Both the position numbers and the translations under genes were made by a program. A stretch of 64,000 nucleotides of DNA, from positions 4,480,001 through 4,544,000 of the forward strand of contig OZ244170.1 of NCBI GenBank assembly GCA_965216565.1. The letters are read 5' to 3'. Positions 1 to 12,361 of this stretch are shown here, in pieces. This stretch comes from Bythopirellula sp. (GTDB lineage Bacteria; Planctomycetota; Planctomycetia; Pirellulales; Lacipirellulaceae). The first letter of the stretch is position 1; every line of letters starts with the position of its first letter. The notes beneath the pieces were generated by a model. It saw only the letters and a list, made by a program, of their open reading frames with translations, had not been told where the DNA came from and did not search any database.

Positions 1-504
1 GTTGCCAATGCTCAAGCGAAGCTGACCGGCAAGCTTTCGGAGAATCGAGTTGATGGGAGCTTGTGGGTTGCGAGGCTTGATCGCAATGATTGCTGCGTAG
101 GCTTTCAACGGGAAGATTTCAAAGGCAGGCTCTCGACATCCTGCCGGCATTCTGGCTTTCGCATCTTCCACGCGGCCACGAACCAACGACCAAACTGCAT
201 CGACGTCTTGGGCGTCGTCGGTAAGTTCCAATACGATGTTGGAGATTCCCGCTCGGCTGTTGGAACGCACCTCATCGATTTCGGTGATGCCCTGCAGTTG
301 TTCTTCAAGCGGAATGGTGACCAACGATTCAACCCGTCGCGCGTCGGCACCAGGGAAGACTGTGCTAATCACCGCGACCCGTTTACCGAGAATGGGGTCT
401 TCTAGCCGAGGGATTACGAAGAACGACGACAAGCCCGCTACCACAATCACCAGGATTATCAGCAGCAAGATGCGAGGATTTCTGTAAAGAAATTGGGCAA
501 TCAT
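1..504 (-). CDS. RND efflux transporter permease subunit (AcrB/AcrD/AcrF family), N-terminal part; runs off the window start
   Basis: Not in the ORF track. Manual translation from ATG 504: MIAQFLYRNPRILLLIILVIVVAGLSSFFVIPRLEDP...STVFPGADATRVESLVTIPLEEQL...SNSRAGISNIVLEL, a typical AcrB N-terminus. ATGA overlap with the adaptor gene stop. Confidence 0.9.
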   Translation of the reverse strand, partial: MIAQFLYRNPRILLLIILVIVVAGLSSFFVIPRLEDPILGKRVAVISTVFPGADARRVESLVTIPLEEQLQGITEIDEVRSNSRAGISNIVLELTDDAQDVDAVWSLVRGRVEDAKARMPAGCREPAFEIFPLKAYAAIIAIKPRNPQAPINSILRKLAGQLRLSIGN

Positions 505-1616
505 TCACTCAGCCTGGGCCCAGGTTGCTCGAATGAATAGGCCAAGGTGCTGGCAGCCACGCGCTGGCCCGGCACCACGCGATTCGATCCGTTGACGATC
601 ACCAAGTCGCCATTCTCGAGTGATCCTTGGACCAGTGCATGATCGTCGGCAAGTTGCAGGAGTTCTAGGACGCGCCGCCTTACTAGCTGACGATCGTCGT
701 CTTGCTCCACAACCAGGGCCGACCAAAGTCCATCGGCTTCCCGCTGAAGTGCCGAGAGTGGCAGCCAAAAACCCGTGGCATTGGAGTTGGTGCGAAACTG
801 AGCCTCGACCGTGCTGCCAAACACCCAGTCTACATTGGGATCGGTATCGGAAATTTCAAGCGTGATTAACTGGGTGTGCGACGAAGGGGATAGCTCTGGC
901 GATTTGCTGCTCACTGTTGCGGCGATCGCCCGATCTTGGTGTTCGACGCTGAGCAATTCGCCTACTTCAATTTGCTCCGCAACGCGCGAGGCGACTTGGA
1001 GTTCGACAATGGGAGCATCGCCCGCGACAATTTTCAAGATGGGGTTGCCACGGGGAACCTGATTGCCCACGTTGGCTTTCCGCTCAGCAATTATGCCGTC
1101 GTAAGGGGCCAAGATCGTGCGACTGTCGATCTCGCGATCGATTTCTTGCCGCTTCTGGTTGAGGGAATCGACCTCCTGTCGCAAGCGGCTGATCTCGCGC
1201 TGCACGTTGGATGATCGGTTGTTGGGATTGAGCCTTTCGAGTCGTTCCTCAGCCGAAGCGATGGCCTCGTCGAGTTCTGTTTGCTGGTCGAGTAGATCTT
1301 GCTGTTGAAGAATGGCAAGTTTTTCGTTGGCTTCAACTCGGTTTCCAACGTCCTTGAAGATCTCCGCGATCTGGCCGCCCCGTGCGAAGGCGAGATAGCT
1401 CGATCGTTTTGGTTTGACCGTCCCAAAGCAAGTATGAGTATCGAAGACTTCTTCGCTGAGCGCCACTTCAATGACATTCACAGTAAGTGGTGTAGGATTC
1501 GAGTCGACTGCCGTCTCGGAAACTCTCGCCGGATCCTGCGGGCCGATACAGCCTAAGGAGGTTGCAAGAGCGCTGGTTAACAACCCAATTGAAAGAAGTG
1601 TGCGATCGATAGCCAT
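501..1616 (-). CDS. RND efflux periplasmic adaptor (membrane fusion protein), lipoprotein
   Basis: Lipobox-like SLGC; lipoyl half motifs (GQIAEIFKDVGNRV; ILAPYDGIIAER) flanking a coiled coil; C-terminal GL/SLENGDLVIVNG; coupled to the RND permease. Confidence 0.9.
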   Translation of the reverse strand: MAIDRTLLSIGLLTSALATSLGCIGPQDPARVSETAVDSNPTPLTVNVIEVALSEEVFDTHTCFGTVKPKRSSYLAFARGGQIAEIFKDVGNRVEANEKLAILQQQDLLDQQTELDEAIASAEERLERLNPNNRSSNVQREISRLRQEVDSLNQKRQEIDREIDSRTILAPYDGIIAERKANVGNQVPRGNPILKIVAGDAPIVELQVASRVAEQIEVGELLSVEHQDRAIAATVSSKSPELSPSSHTQLITLEISDTDPNVDWVFGSTVEAQFRTNSNATGFWLPLSALQREADGLWSALVVEQDDDRQLVRRRVLELLQLADDHALVQGSLENGDLVIVNGSNRVVPGQRVAASTLAYSFEQPGPRLSE

Positions 1617-1868
1617 AACGGTGTAAGCGCGGAGTCACTGAGCGTCTAGGAATTCCACAGCAGTCCGTGCCGTTGAGATTTTGCTTACACTTAATCTACC
1701 GCTGAATGCTGCCGGATGACAATGGGCCGGATGGCAATGGTTGCCGGCAAGATCGGGCAGCACCAGAACGATTCTGGACACTGCGGAGGAATCTAACCCA
1801 GTAGCAAGAGAGACTACACCGATTGCGTGAACCTTGCGGCTGGGCGAACTGCCACTTGATTCGATCGA

Positions 1869-3374
1869 TCAAGCGATCGTCCTAAGTCGGGTGGCCTTGC
1901 GAACTCCGCCCAAGATGCCAAGGAAGGTGAGAATCAAGGTGCTCGGTTCTGGGACACGTGTGAATACGACCTCGAATATGCGGTCTGACGCACCCGATAG
2001 GGCAAACGGATCTCTGCGGACGTGCGGTGCATTCGCTACGATTCCTCCGTAGACATAACCGAGCACCGTTTGGTCAGCCAGTTCGTCCATCTTGATGACG
2101 CCATTTCCATAAGTTGCAATATTCTCAGCAAGAAAGAACTCCGCATTGGTGCCGAAACGGAGTTCGTTGTCTTCGTCATCATTTAGCTCAGGGAACAATC
2201 CCGCGTAGTGTTGTTGATAAGTTCCATTCGGATCGATCGCGATAGCGGCAAGTTGATTGGTGAAAGGAATTCGCGAATCTTCCGATACGGCGTCTGCCGA
2301 CTCGTCGTAGGACTGAATGGTGAGCCCCCCCAAGAGCAATTGGTGCATCTCCTCAGTGGATTCCGAGAACATGCCAAACTTGGACGAGTGGTATACATTC
2401 ATTCCTTGCTTGAACGTGGTGACTTCGGTTGTGTTGCCCGACCCATCAATTTCCACAGGATGCGTCCAGATACCGAAGCTCTCAGTAAACACGCCAGAGA
2501 GAACTGTGATCCCCTGCTCTGTTCCGCCAAGTCCGTTGGAGGAGACGACTGGGAATACATTCAGATCGCGTCTGCGGTAATTTGGGTTGGTGTTCGGATC
2601 GCCCGACGAATCGTAGTTCTGAATTGAGAGCGAGTTTCCGTCATCGACGATTTCGAAGTTGCGGATTTGATGGGTGTATTCCCCGTCGACTCCCGGAGAG
2701 TAGTTGACGCCATAGTCTTGTCCGAAAGTGAGGAAGCTTCTTCCGTTCATTTCGACCATGGCTCCACCGGTCACGCGCAGACGTTCGTCTTCGAGTTGGC
2801 GAATATGATCGATCGCTTGTCCGGTGTTGTTCTGAGTCCAATCGATGATTCCAGGCAGATCAATTGCAGAGAGCGTGTTAAATGTGCTATTGAGTGGATT
2901 GCCGTTGGGATCGTCGGCGGAGTATCCATAGCCACCGTTCATGTAGAGAACTTCGCCCCGCTGGTAGAACTGGTTGTTGGCAGTCGTGAGCGAATTGAGT
3001 TGGTGAGAATTCAGGCCTCCCGTGGGCCCGGTGAGATTGCGACTCCAGGACATCTTGCTAACGGGGTCGATGACCCACACTTCTTGATTCTGAAATTCCG
3101 GTGGGAAGTTCGCAAAAGGATTGGCATCGAATGCATGCAATCCGTTGGTTCTGCCGGCGAACACTACCCATTTGCCATCGTGCTGACCGGCGGCGAACGA
3201 GTGGAGCGTTGGCAGTTCCTCCACGCCGAAGTCGTACTCCTGAAGTGTGATTTTATAGGGGAGGCCGTCAGCAGCGAGTACAGGAGAAAAATCGGGTGTC
3301 TGGTTCGCGGCATGCGATTGACTGAGGAGGCTAGCCAATGTGATCCAAGTAAGTGAGTAAACCCAGCGGCTCAT
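1869..3374 (-). CDS. Secreted PEP-CTERM protein, probable beta-propeller, function unknown
   Basis: Signal peptide; C-terminal VPEPS + TM + basic tail (RKATRLR). Confidence 0.85.
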   Translation of the reverse strand: MSRWVYSLTWITLASLLSQSHAANQTPDFSPVLAADGLPYKITLQEYDFGVEELPTLHSFAAGQHDGKWVVFAGRTNGLHAFDANPFANFPPEFQNQEVWVIDPVSKMSWSRNLTGPTGGLNSHQLNSLTTANNQFYQRGEVLYMNGGYGYSADDPNGNPLNSTFNTLSAIDLPGIIDWTQNNTGQAIDHIRQLEDERLRVTGGAMVEMNGRSFLTFGQDYGVNYSPGVDGEYTHQIRNFEIVDDGNSLSIQNYDSSGDPNTNPNYRRRDLNVFPVVSSNGLGGTEQGITVLSGVFTESFGIWTHPVEIDGSGNTTEVTTFKQGMNVYHSSKFGMFSESTEEMHQLLLGGLTIQSYDESADAVSEDSRIPFTNQLAAIAIDPNGTYQQHYAGLFPELNDDEDNELRFGTNAEFFLAENIATYGNGVIKMDELADQTVLGYVYGGIVANAPHVRRDPFALSGASDRIFEVVFTRVPEPSTLILTFLGILGGVRKATRLRTIA

Positions 3375-3571
3375 AGTTGTCGTTCTCTTTGTATGGTTTC
3401 TACGTTATTGGGAAATGCGGTAACGCTCAGCGAGAGCGGGATCGTCAATCTATCTCTGGCTATCTATCTCTGGTTGGAAACTAAAGGTCGCTTCGTCAGA
3501 CCAATGAGCGATCGCTATAGCTGAAGACAGAAATTCTTTGAGTGGAATTCAAAGATGGCCGTGGAGAAAAT

Positions 3572-3589
3572 GTGTGATAAGAATCACAC
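3572..3589. promoter_or_regulatory. CRP/FNR-type palindrome TGTGA-N6-TCACA
   Basis: gTGTGAtaagaaTCACAc, a perfect CRP consensus with extended 7-bp arms, about 200 bp upstream of the gene starting at 3374. Confidence 0.45.
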
Positions 3590-3864
3590 GGTACACGGCT
3601 AGAGAATCTGCATTAGGACAGTATTGCAATGTGGTGAAGCGTAAGTCGCGAGGGGGTGCCACGGAGCTCTTATTGTAAGGACATATAAATCCCGGTGCAA
3701 ATAGACTGGGCCTAAATCTTGGAAATTGAAACTCTTCGTCGTCGCCTAGGTACGCAGATTTGCCCGAATAGAGCGTTCCAAAGTGCCAATCAAGCTGCGC
3801 TGCCGTCAGTCATCATCTATATTCAACGGCCCAAGTTGAGAAACGAGTAAAGCATCGAGCGTAG

Positions 3865-4989
3865 TCAATCCTCGAATGTAATCTTGACGAACCGAGGATA
3901 GTAGATCGTTTCGTTGTTCACAACTTCTGCAAGTGATCGCAGGTTGCAGCAATAAGTGGTGGCAAGGCCGTCGGCTATCAATTCTGGATGAGCTTTACCA
4001 GAGTAGAAGAAAATGCCAGGGGGAAGATCACCACGCGTGCGAGGATCGTAAACGTATTGCATTGCTGACCACGGACCCTCCCATCGCGAAGAATATCGTA
4101 CACCAACCTGTGCCGCTAAATAGGGAGAACACTGTACCTGCAATAGAATGTCTCGCGATTGGCAGCGGTGGACTGTGAACTCGGTTTGAGCCCGTGGCAG
4201 TGTCTCCTTCGGCAACGCTTCGAGGGTTTCGTGTGCTACCCATTGTGAGCCGTCATGCCATTCCGGATTAGTTAGGTCTCCTTCCCGTACGTCCGTCAGA
4301 TTCCATCTCATCAAATAGCCATTGTGGCCTTTAGAGACGACAGGAGAAATGGCATGCAAATAGTCTCCCTCGATGGCCATTCCGCCAGTTCCGTAAAGAA
4401 CCTTGAAGCGATATTCAGGTAGCCTCACAGGATCCATCTGCCATTTATCTGGCGAATCTTGCGGGTTCCGGACGAGGTATCCACCATTGCCCACTACTCG
4501 AAATCCCATGCCTTCGTCAGCACGCTCGATTCGCATAAGGAGAATCAAGAGCTTGTCATTCAGTACCACTCCCGAGGCAGGCCAATACCAGGTGCTATCA
4601 GCAGTTTCGAAATAGGCCTCGGGTTGCGCTTGCTTCTCGTTCCAATAGCACTTGAAAGTAGCGGTTGTGGGATTCAAGCCACGCTGGATGCCCAACGAGT
4701 TGTTGACCAACCTGGTATCTCTTCTATGACTAGCGGGTTGATTGCTGACGAAGCTATCGCCGAAGAGCCAAAGCACACGCTCGTTTCCTAAGTCGACCGA
4801 ACTGGCTCCATCTCCACCCCGCCAGCGCGCATCCCGGTGAAACAATTGGTCGGCCTCAGTCCATGGCTTAGCAACAGCCTTGGGCCAGGGTGCAAAAGGC
4901 TCGGACGCGAGACAACTCTGGAAGGCTAGAGAAAGAAAAACTATGGCCACGCCAAAACCGATGCATCGACCTCGCGGCTCGCGATTCAT
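3865..4989 (-). CDS. DUF4185-like secreted beta-propeller protein (putative glycosidase)
   Basis: Signal peptide; GGDGASS...LWLFGDS...EGPWS...YSGKAHPE motifs. Confidence 0.7.
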   Translation of the reverse strand: MNREPRGRCIGFGVAIVFLSLAFQSCLASEPFAPWPKAVAKPWTEADQLFHRDARWRGGDGASSVDLGNERVLWLFGDSFVSNQPASHRRDTRLVNNSLGIQRGLNPTTATFKCYWNEKQAQPEAYFETADSTWYWPASGVVLNDKLLILLMRIERADEGMGFRVVGNGGYLVRNPQDSPDKWQMDPVRLPEYRFKVLYGTGGMAIEGDYLHAISPVVSKGHNGYLMRWNLTDVREGDLTNPEWHDGSQWVAHETLEALPKETLPRAQTEFTVHRCQSRDILLQVQCSPYLAAQVGVRYSSRWEGPWSAMQYVYDPRTRGDLPPGIFFYSGKAHPELIADGLATTYCCNLRSLAEVVNNETIYYPRFVKITFED

Positions 4990-6728
4990 TCCGCGCCTCT
5001 ACTATGCGAAGGATTCTCCGCCGTAGTCGATAACGCTTCTTCCACATAGGAAGCCACTCTTTCTGCCCACATCTGGCCGTGCGCCTTGAGACCTTTGGGA
5101 CTGAGGTGGATCCCCTGCCCATCTAGGTCGCGGTGGTCGCCGGTGAGAACATCCGTGTCTGGTCCCAGCAGAGCAATGCCTTCGTCGCAGAGTTTCTGCT
5201 GGGCTGAGCGTACGCTTTCAAAACGAGGCTGTTCGGCGTTGTGATAAGAGGCAATCGCAACGAACCAGGGAAATTCCCAACCGGCGTTTTGCTTGGAGGC
5301 TGTGATCGTATTTTTGAGTTTTTGGAAATACTCTTCCGCTGGCATATTGACATCCGATTCCCCCTGATGCCAGAGCACCGCCCGAAACCCGCGGGGACCC
5401 AATTGATGAATGCGGGCCATCATCCAACGTTGAAACAGATCGCCGTCGGGCTGCCATTGATTGACGCTGGTGCCTCCATAGCCGGTTGTGGCTACGCCAA
5501 TTGGCACTTTGAACTTTGCATACATGGCATCGCCAAACGCAGGCCAAAAACTTCCCCCTTGCGTCCTATCGGCTACCCCAGGCTGAGGATCATCGGCTAT
5601 CTGCCAGTGGCTGCCACTGAACGAAGATACCATGCCCGAACTCTGTTGGATCTTGAATTGGCCGGAATTGGTCGAGTTCGATTGGCCCGCGCCGACGAAC
5701 ACTTCACCAATGCCGAACTGCTGAACCTTAGCTTCGGCTACGGCCTCCCCTTTGTTTAAAGCCCGGGATTCCAGGCCATGCCAGCCGCCCGCGGGTAGAT
5801 CGATCCAGGTGTGAAAGCTGCGAGTGCTCGAGATCAGCGGTATCGATTGCCATTGTTGGTGTTCTTCGCCAAGCTGCTCACCCACAAAGCGTATCTCTAC
5901 CGTGTCGGCGTCCGTACGTGTGCGACCCGATACTAGCACGCGACCCATGTCTCGGTTGCTTCTTTGAATCACCTGGAGTTCGCGTGGAGAATTTATCATC
6001 AGGGGCTCTGGATCTGGCAGGACAAAAAGTTGTAAGGCTTTGAGTATTTCTTCCTCGGTTGCTTCGCCTGGTTGGAATGTGAGAGTTCGTTCTTCGCCCG
6101 CCTTGAGCGTTGTCTGCACCACTTGGTGCGGTCCTTGCCAGGGGCCCCAGAGTTTGTCGAAACCCTCGATGCTGAGTTTGCTCTTGCCAAGAAAAAACGT
6201 GGCCTGGGTATAGTCGCCAACCAAAGCAGTTTTTTCAATGTCCTGATCTCCCACTCTAGCTGCCCCCACATATCCGTTGAACACAATGAAAAAAACAAGT
6301 TGCTGCTCTGTCTTGTTAGTGAGATGCCAGGAGCATTCCGCCTCATCAAACTGATAAGTAATAGACGCCTTATCGCCGTGTGCTTCGACGGTGTTTCCAT
6401 CGTGGCTGCTCACCTCCGGCAAGGCTAACGGCCCCTCCAAATAGAAGTAAGAACCGCGAGAGATGCCGACGCCTGGCGCAAGAAACTGCAGACCGCCTAC
6501 GGAGAAGTTCGTCAAACAGCCGTCCGGTTCCACACGGGCACTGTAGTGTGGGGTCTCGATCGAAACGGGTTGGGCCTCTGCTTCGACTGTAATTTGTGCG
6601 TGAAGAACCTTAGCCGTCGGCAAAAGAACTAGTGCACATAGAAGAGTATGCCAGAAAGTCCGCAAGACTCCGATGGGGAGATGATAGTTACGATAAGATG
6701 TCGTTAACAACATGAGCTTCTTCCACAC
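4986..6728 (-). CDS. Sialate O-acetylesterase (SASA/SGNH) domain carbohydrate esterase with N-terminal extension; start uncertain
   Basis: [30 protein letters not shown] motifs. Confidence 0.85.
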   Translation of the reverse strand: MWKKLMLLTTSYRNYHLPIGVLRTFWHTLLCALVLLPTAKVLHAQITVEAEAQPVSIETPHYSARVEPDGCLTNFSVGGLQFLAPGVGISRGSYFYLEGPLALPEVSSHDGNTVEAHGDKASITYQFDEAECSWHLTNKTEQQLVFFIVFNGYVGAARVGDQDIEKTALVGDYTQATFFLGKSKLSIEGFDKLWGPWQGPHQVVQTTLKAGEERTLTFQPGEATEEEILKALQLFVLPDPEPLMINSPRELQVIQRSNRDMGRVLVSGRTRTDADTVEIRFVGEQLGEEHQQWQSIPLISSTRSFHTWIDLPAGGWHGLESRALNKGEAVAEAKVQQFGIGEVFVGAGQSNSTNSGQFKIQQSSGMVSSFSGSHWQIADDPQPGVADRTQGGSFWPAFGDAMYAKFKVPIGVATTGYGGTSVNQWQPDGDLFQRWMMARIHQLGPRGFRAVLWHQGESDVNMPAEEYFQKLKNTITASKQNAGWEFPWFVAIASYHNAEQPRFESVRSAQQKLCDEGIALLGPDTDVLTGDHRDLDGQGIHLSPKGLKAHGQMWAERVASYVEEALSTTAENPSHSRGAE

Positions 6729-8157
6729 CAGTTAATCGTTGATCGAGGCCTTGATAGGGGAATACGAATCGTTCGTGGTCGATGCCCATGAGATGCAGAA
6801 TTGTTGCGTTTAAATCGCGAATATGCATCGGATCCTTCACGATGTTGTAGCAATAGTCGTCGGTCTCTCCATATTCGAACCCGCGCTTGATACCGCCCCC
6901 CGCCATCCACACGGTGTAACAGCGACCGTGATGATCGCGACCATGGTTGGTTTCGGTGAGGGTCCCTTGGGAGTAGATTGTTCTGCCGAATTCCCCACCC
7001 CAGATAATAAGGGTGTCGTCGAACATGCCGCGCTGCTTCAAGTCGGCAATCAGCGCTGCAGAGGCTTGATCGGTGTCGGCTGCTTGCTGGCGTATTTCCT
7101 CCGGTAGATTGAAATGCTGGTCCCAACCGCGGTGGAATAACTGGATGAACCGCACCCCCCGTTCCGCCATGCGACGGGCAAGAAGGCAATTTGCTGCAAA
7201 CGAACCTGGCCGATGCACGTCGTCGCCATACAAGTCGAGCGTGGCTTTGCTCTCGTCGGCAAAATCAACGACCTCCGGTACAGAAGTCTGCATGCGGTAG
7301 GCCATTTCGTACTGCGAGATGCGGGTGCCTATTTCTGGATCGCGCATCTCTTTCTCGTGGATCCGATTCAAAGCGGCAATGCCATCGAGAAGACTGCGTC
7401 GACGATCCGACGATACGCCGGGGGGATTGTTCAGGAACAGAACCGGATCTTTGCCGGCGCGAAAGCGAACGCCTTGATGAGACGACGGCAAGAATCCACT
7501 TCCCCACAGCCGGGCGAAGAGTGGTTGCATGGCTTGCCTCTTGCCGCGGGAGACTAGGACGATGTAGGCAGGCAAGTCCTCCGTCTCGCACCCCAAGCCA
7601 TAGCTCAGCCAGGCCCCAAGACTTGGCTTGCCCAATTGTTGCGTGCCGGTGTTGATAAAAGTGATTGCCGGGTCGTGATTGATCGCTTCGGTATACAGCG
7701 ATTTGATGATCGTGATGTCGTCCACAATCTTGGCAGTGTGGGGCAGCAATTCGCTTACCCAAGTGCCGTGTTCTCCGAATCGCTGGAAGTCGAACATTGG
7801 TGCCACTACCGGAAACGAGGTTTGGCCACTCGTCATCCCAGTAACACGCTGCCCTTGTCTGACGGAGTCGGGGAGTTCGGTTCCGTGCAACTCGCGAATC
7901 TTGGGGTGGTAGTCGAACAGGTCCATATGCGAGGGCCCACCCGATTGGAATAGATAAATGATTCGCTTCGCCTTAGGGGCAAAGTGAGGCAAAGAATTGA
8001 GCCCAACGGGGGAATTCGACGCCCCGAACGCTTTGCTATTTCCTAATAGCGTTCCCAACGCTGCCGCCCCCAGGCATCCCGCGGTTCGCCCGAGCAGATG
8101 GCGGCGAGTCATCTTGCGAGAGATTTCTTCCAGCAGGTGGCGTTCAGACTGAGACAT
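6688..8157 (-). CDS. DUF1501 family protein (Tat-exported)
   Basis: TRRHLL Tat motif; [40 protein letters not shown] 8157 chosen as start. Confidence 0.92.
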   Translation of the reverse strand: MSQSERHLLEEISRKMTRRHLLGRTAGCLGAAALGTLLGNSKAFGASNSPVGLNSLPHFAPKAKRIIYLFQSGGPSHMDLFDYHPKIRELHGTELPDSVRQGQRVTGMTSGQTSFPVVAPMFDFQRFGEHGTWVSELLPHTAKIVDDITIIKSLYTEAINHDPAITFINTGTQQLGKPSLGAWLSYGLGCETEDLPAYIVLVSRGKRQAMQPLFARLWGSGFLPSSHQGVRFRAGKDPVLFLNNPPGVSSDRRRSLLDGIAALNRIHEKEMRDPEIGTRISQYEMAYRMQTSVPEVVDFADESKATLDLYGDDVHRPGSFAANCLLARRMAERGVRFIQLFHRGWDQHFNLPEEIRQQAADTDQASAALIADLKQRGMFDDTLIIWGGEFGRTIYSQGTLTETNHGRDHHGRCYTVWMAGGGIKRGFEYGETDDYCYNIVKDPMHIRDLNATILHLMGIDHERFVFPYQGLDQRLTGVEEAHVVNDILS

Positions 8158-8165
8158 AGCAGGAC

Positions 8166-11100
8166 TTATTCCTTCGTGATCGTTTCGTCTAGGTTGAGAA
8201 GCATCGAAGCAACACAAGTCCACGCGGCGTGCTGCGCCGAATCTATATTCTCTTCAATTGGAGACTCTCCCACATTCAGCAACTTCTCCGCCGCTTCCGG
8301 ATCGGCCTGGTACTCTGCTAAGCGTTGCTCGTAGTTTTTCAACAGGATGCTGAGCTCCCGGTCTGTCGGTTCTCGCGATATCGTCAGAAAGAATCCGTGC
8401 TTTGCTTGTTCTTCGGGAGAATTTGGGGCTTCATGAATCATCCGTTGTGCCAATTGCCGCGAGGCTTCGACAAATGTGGGATCGTTTAACAGCACCAGCG
8501 CTTGTAGAGGCGTGTTGGTGGTCTCTCGCCGCACAGTACATGTTTCGCGAGTCGGAGCGTCGAAAGCGACCAGCGTTGGTGGGGGGACAGACCGCTTCCA
8601 GAAAGTGTAGAGACTACGACGGTAAAGAGCATCGCCTGTACTCTGCTCGTAAATCTGTGCGGTAAACTTGCTGTTGTCTTTTTGGTGGGCAAGTTCACGC
8701 CACATACCTGGTGGCTGATAGGTCTTCACGCTGGGGCCGCCAATCGCGGGATTTAGCAGTCCACTAACTTTCAGTGCCACGTCGCGGACAAATTCGGCTT
8801 GGAGCCGGAATCGTGGGCCATGGGAAAGCAGGCGGTTGTACGGATCGCGGTCAAGTTTTTCAGGGGTCGAAGCGGAGGCCTGCTGATAGGTTTTGGACAT
8901 GACCATGAGCCGCAGCATGTGCTTCACGTCCCAGCCACTTTCAATAAATTCCACACCGAGCCAGTCCAGCAGATCAGGATGTGTCGGCCATTCACCCTGA
9001 GTGCCTAAGTCTTCTGTGGTGCTGACGATTCCAGTTCCAAACAGCATTTGCCACAGGCGGTTCACGGCAACACGCGCTGTTAGTGGATGCGACGCATCGG
9101 TGAGCCATTCAGCCAGCACCAGCCGATTCCTGGGGCCTTCTGAGGGTAAGGCGGGGAGCATCGAGGGCGTAGTCGCGGTGACTTCTTCTTGCGGGCTGTT
9201 ATATTGCCCCCGGTCTAGCCGAAAGGTAGATCGAGGTTGACTCATCTCCCGCATAACCATGGTTGTAGGAATCTGCGAGTTCAGCACATCTAGGCGACGT
9301 TTGTCATCGGCAAGCTGGTTTCGTAGTTTGTGATACGCCGAGTCCGTGACGATGTTTTCGCGATAGAAGGCTTGCAGTTTGTCCTTTTGATCGACTTCCC
9401 GATCCGTACGAGGAATCGCGAGAATCTCAGTGATAGATGCAGGAAGCTGTTTTGCTACGCCTCGCATCGCAAAATAGAATTGACATTCCCAGCTAATGTT
9501 CACCACCTTGGCAAAGAAATGGTTCTCGCCCGGTGTTAGTTCCAAAGTAAACTCTTGCTGGCGTGTCGGACGAGGCATAGCCGCATCGCGGTCGACGAGC
9601 TTTCTACCATTGAACCACAGTTTCAAGCCATCGGTGCATCCTACAGAGATCGTAACCGTCTGTGGCTCGTCGACGGATATTGTTCGCGTGAGATAATTGG
9701 CGGAGCGTTCGAAGATGAAGTTGTGCGGATGACCATCGACCATCGACGTCATGGCGACCCACTCGCGTGGCTTGCCGTTGATTTCGAGCTTCTCATCGAT
9801 GTCAATCGAGTGGCCACCCGTTACATGATCTGCTGCTAAGACTTCGGCCACGGTTTCTTCGATGATTGGTGGCAGCCCATACCACAACGAGTCTTTGTAA
9901 CCTGCTGGCTTCTGGGCATGATCCAATTCGCCGGCCTGCAACTCCCATTGTTCTTGTTCAGACTCGAGCCGCTTGTTCCAGTCCGAGAGTTGTTTTTCCA
10001 GGCTGTCAATCGAATTTATCAATTGCTTCTGCTCAGATTCCTGCTGCTTATTAGGAAGCTGAAGTTTCGGCTCTGCATTTCCTCGTTCGCCGTCGAGCCC
10101 TTTTTCGTCGATTGTGTTGAAGAAGGCGAACATCTCAAAGTATTCTTTTTGGCTGATCGCATCGTACTTGTGATCGTGGCACCTCGCACATCCCAGGGTC
10201 ATGCCCAACCACACGGTACCGGTTGTGTTGACGCGATCTACGACGTATTCCACAAGATATTCCTCGGGAATCGCTCCCCCCTCGAAATTGATTCCATGGT
10301 TGCGATTGAATCCGGAGGCAATGAGTTGCTCGGTCGTGGCATCGGGCAACAGGTCGCCGGCGAGTTGCCAGATGGTGAACTCGTCGAAACTCATGTTTTC
10401 GTTGAACGCTTGGATCACCCAATCGCGCCAGGCCCACATGTCTCGGTGGCTATCAATATGATAGCCGTGCGTGTCGGCATACCTGGCAAAGTCGAGCCAC
10501 GAAACCGCCATGCGTTCTCCGAAATGGGGCGACGCAAGCAACCGATCGACGAGCCGCTGGTAAGCATCGGGGCGCTCGTCACTAACAAATGCCCGAACTT
10601 CCGCGGGGCTGGGAGGCAAACCCGTCAAGTCTAGCGACAGCCTGCGAATGAGCGTGTGTCGGTCGGCACGGCGGGCCGGCTTCAAGCCCTCTTGCTCTAG
10701 GCGACTGAGAACGAAGGCATCAATGGGGGAAAGATCGCCCTCCGGTGATTCTACCTGTGGAGGAGCCGTTTTTTGCGGAGGAGTAAGCGACCAATGCTGT
10801 TCGTACGGTGCACCTTGCTCGATCCAGCGGATAAGTAATTCGATCTCTTCCGGCGCGAGCGACTTGTGACTTTCCGGCGGAGGCATGATCGACTCGTCGT
10901 CGCTCGTGATTCTTGCGACGAATTCGCTCTCTTCAGGATTGCCAGGAACGATTGCGATAGTTCCCGAATCTAACTCTGCAACGGCTGCCTCGCGAAGGTC
11001 GAGTCGGAGCCCTGCTTCGCGGCTTTCCTCATCGAGTCCATGGCAGACAAAGCAATTCTTGTTCAGTAGCGGGCGCACATCGCGGTTGTACACCACTGTC

Positions 11101-11174
11101 GATTCGGCAGCTTCGAGGCCAGAAGCTAGGCCAAATACTGACAGACAAACAATGATTGCAATCGTTCGAATCAT
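8166..11174 (-). CDS. Planctomycete cytochrome c / DUF1549 (PSCyt2) / DUF1553 (PSD1) protein
   Basis: CFVCH and CARCH haem-type motifs; [47 protein letters not shown]. Confidence 0.93.
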   Translation of the reverse strand: MIRTIAIIVCLSVFGLASGLEAAESTVVYNRDVRPLLNKNCFVCHGLDEESREAGLRLDLREAAVAELDSGTIAIVPGNPEESEFVARITSDDESIMPPPESHKSLAPEEIELLIRWIEQGAPYEQHWSLTPPQKTAPPQVESPEGDLSPIDAFVLSRLEQEGLKPARRADRHTLIRRLSLDLTGLPPSPAEVRAFVSDERPDAYQRLVDRLLASPHFGERMAVSWLDFARYADTHGYHIDSHRDMWAWRDWVIQAFNENMSFDEFTIWQLAGDLLPDATTEQLIASGFNRNHGINFEGGAIPEEYLVEYVVDRVNTTGTVWLGMTLGCARCHDHKYDAISQKEYFEMFAFFNTIDEKGLDGERGNAEPKLQLPNKQQESEQKQLINSIDSLEKQLSDWNKRLESEQEQWELQAGELDHAQKPAGYKDSLWYGLPPIIEETVAEVLAADHVTGGHSIDIDEKLEINGKPREWVAMTSMVDGHPHNFIFERSANYLTRTISVDEPQTVTISVGCTDGLKLWFNGRKLVDRDAAMPRPTRQQEFTLELTPGENHFFAKVVNISWECQFYFAMRGVAKQLPASITEILAIPRTDREVDQKDKLQAFYRENIVTDSAYHKLRNQLADDKRRLDVLNSQIPTTMVMREMSQPRSTFRLDRGQYNSPQEEVTATTPSMLPALPSEGPRNRLVLAEWLTDASHPLTARVAVNRLWQMLFGTGIVSTTEDLGTQGEWPTHPDLLDWLGVEFIESGWDVKHMLRLMVMSKTYQQASASTPEKLDRDPYNRLLSHGPRFRLQAEFVRDVALKVSGLLNPAIGGPSVKTYQPPGMWRELAHQKDNSKFTAQIYEQSTGDALYRRSLYTFWKRSVPPPTLVAFDAPTRETCTVRRETTNTPLQALVLLNDPTFVEASRQLAQRMIHEAPNSPEEQAKHGFFLTISREPTDRELSILLKNYEQRLAEYQADPEAAEKLLNVGESPIEENIDSAQHAAWTCVASMLLNLDETITKE

Positions 11175-11179
11175 AAAGC

Positions 11180-12361
11180 CTAGTATCCCTGCTGCATGTT
11201 GACGCTTACCAACCGCGATGTGACCCTGGCGAGTTCGGCATCGTCCTTGTCATAGGCAATGGCGCGTACATGGTATCTGCCGGGAATCGCGTCTTCACAA
11301 GGCCAGCTGGCGATGAGTCTCACGAAGTTCCCTTGCTCTTCAATCACTTCGCGTTGATCGGCTTCGTAGCTTCCAGTGACTTGATCGTAGAGATCGACTG
11401 TTTGGAAAACTACTTTGCTCACATCATCAGCGTGTGAGGGAGGGAGCGCTACCATGGCACGCACACGTGGTCGAGTTTCTTGCGACCAGGGGACATCGAC
11501 TCGGACGGGCATCATCACGGGCCCGCACGATTTCCAGTGTTTCTTCTGAAAATCTTCGACTAATTGAACTTGAGCAAGATTAGCCGGCTGCTGCACACTA
11601 AGCGGACTTCCAAATACGAAGCTGCGGGCCGACCTGGGACCGCCGTCGCTGTAGGAAAGTTCTGCATCGATGCCGATGATTTCTCCCGCGCTGGCAGCGA
11701 AATCAGGGAAGTTTGCCCAAGGCAATTTGAATTCGGCTTCGATCCCGTAGTCGGTCTTTCTTGCTTTCACTTCGATGCCGAGCTCCGGAATGGCGTCCTC
11801 GTACCCTGGGCGTAGGCAGAATCGAGGCTCCAGCTTATCAAGATGCATTGGAGTGAAAAAACAATGCACAGATCCCCTGCCCCATTCGCGGTTGAGAAAC
11901 GTCGCGTCGCGGCGGGTGTCGAAATACCACTCGACAGCATCGCCCTCCCAAAGCGGGTGCTCGGGGGAGAAACGTTTTTCGTCTAAAGTGCGGAGGCCAA
12001 CATAGAAGGCTTCATCGTCCCAGAGGAAAAAAAATTGGCCGGCACGGTTTTTCAGGTCTGGGTGGAAGTACTCGACTGGCGCACTGAATGCCGAATCGTA
12101 TTCCCGCAATTCACCGTCGATCTTGATGGGTTGATGGGCACGTGGCACCACCGCTCGAACCGAATCGGAATCGGAGCTCTCTGCGGAGACGCCACCAGCC
12201 AACGAGAGCAGGAGCCAAATCGTTGCGGAGAAGACACATCCAAGCTGGCCTGGGCGCGGTAATAAAACGTTGAATTCGTACACGCGGGCCATGCTCCACA
12301 TAGATATTGCGATCCCAACAGCTTTAACGTGCGGCTTTTGCTTTTTTGCCGTTCGATTCAC
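11180..12361 (-). CDS. CBM9-like sugar-binding domain protein; start uncertain
   Basis: IKIDGEL..WDDEAFYVG..WEGDAVEWYFD..EAEFKLPW pattern of CBM9/DOMON-like domains. Confidence 0.7.
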   Translation of the reverse strand: MNRTAKKQKPHVKAVGIAISMWSMARVYEFNVLLPRPGQLGCVFSATIWLLLSLAGGVSAESSDSDSVRAVVPRAHQPIKIDGELREYDSAFSAPVEYFHPDLKNRAGQFFFLWDDEAFYVGLRTLDEKRFSPEHPLWEGDAVEWYFDTRRDATFLNREWGRGSVHCFFTPMHLDKLEPRFCLRPGYEDAIPELGIEVKARKTDYGIEAEFKLPWANFPDFAASAGEIIGIDAELSYSDGGPRSARSFVFGSPLSVQQPANLAQVQLVEDFQKKHWKSCGPVMMPVRVDVPWSQETRPRVRAMVALPPSHADDVSKVVFQTVDLYDQVTGSYEADQREVIEEQGNFVRLIASWPCEDAIPGRYHVRAIAYDKDDAELARVTSRLVSVNMQQGY

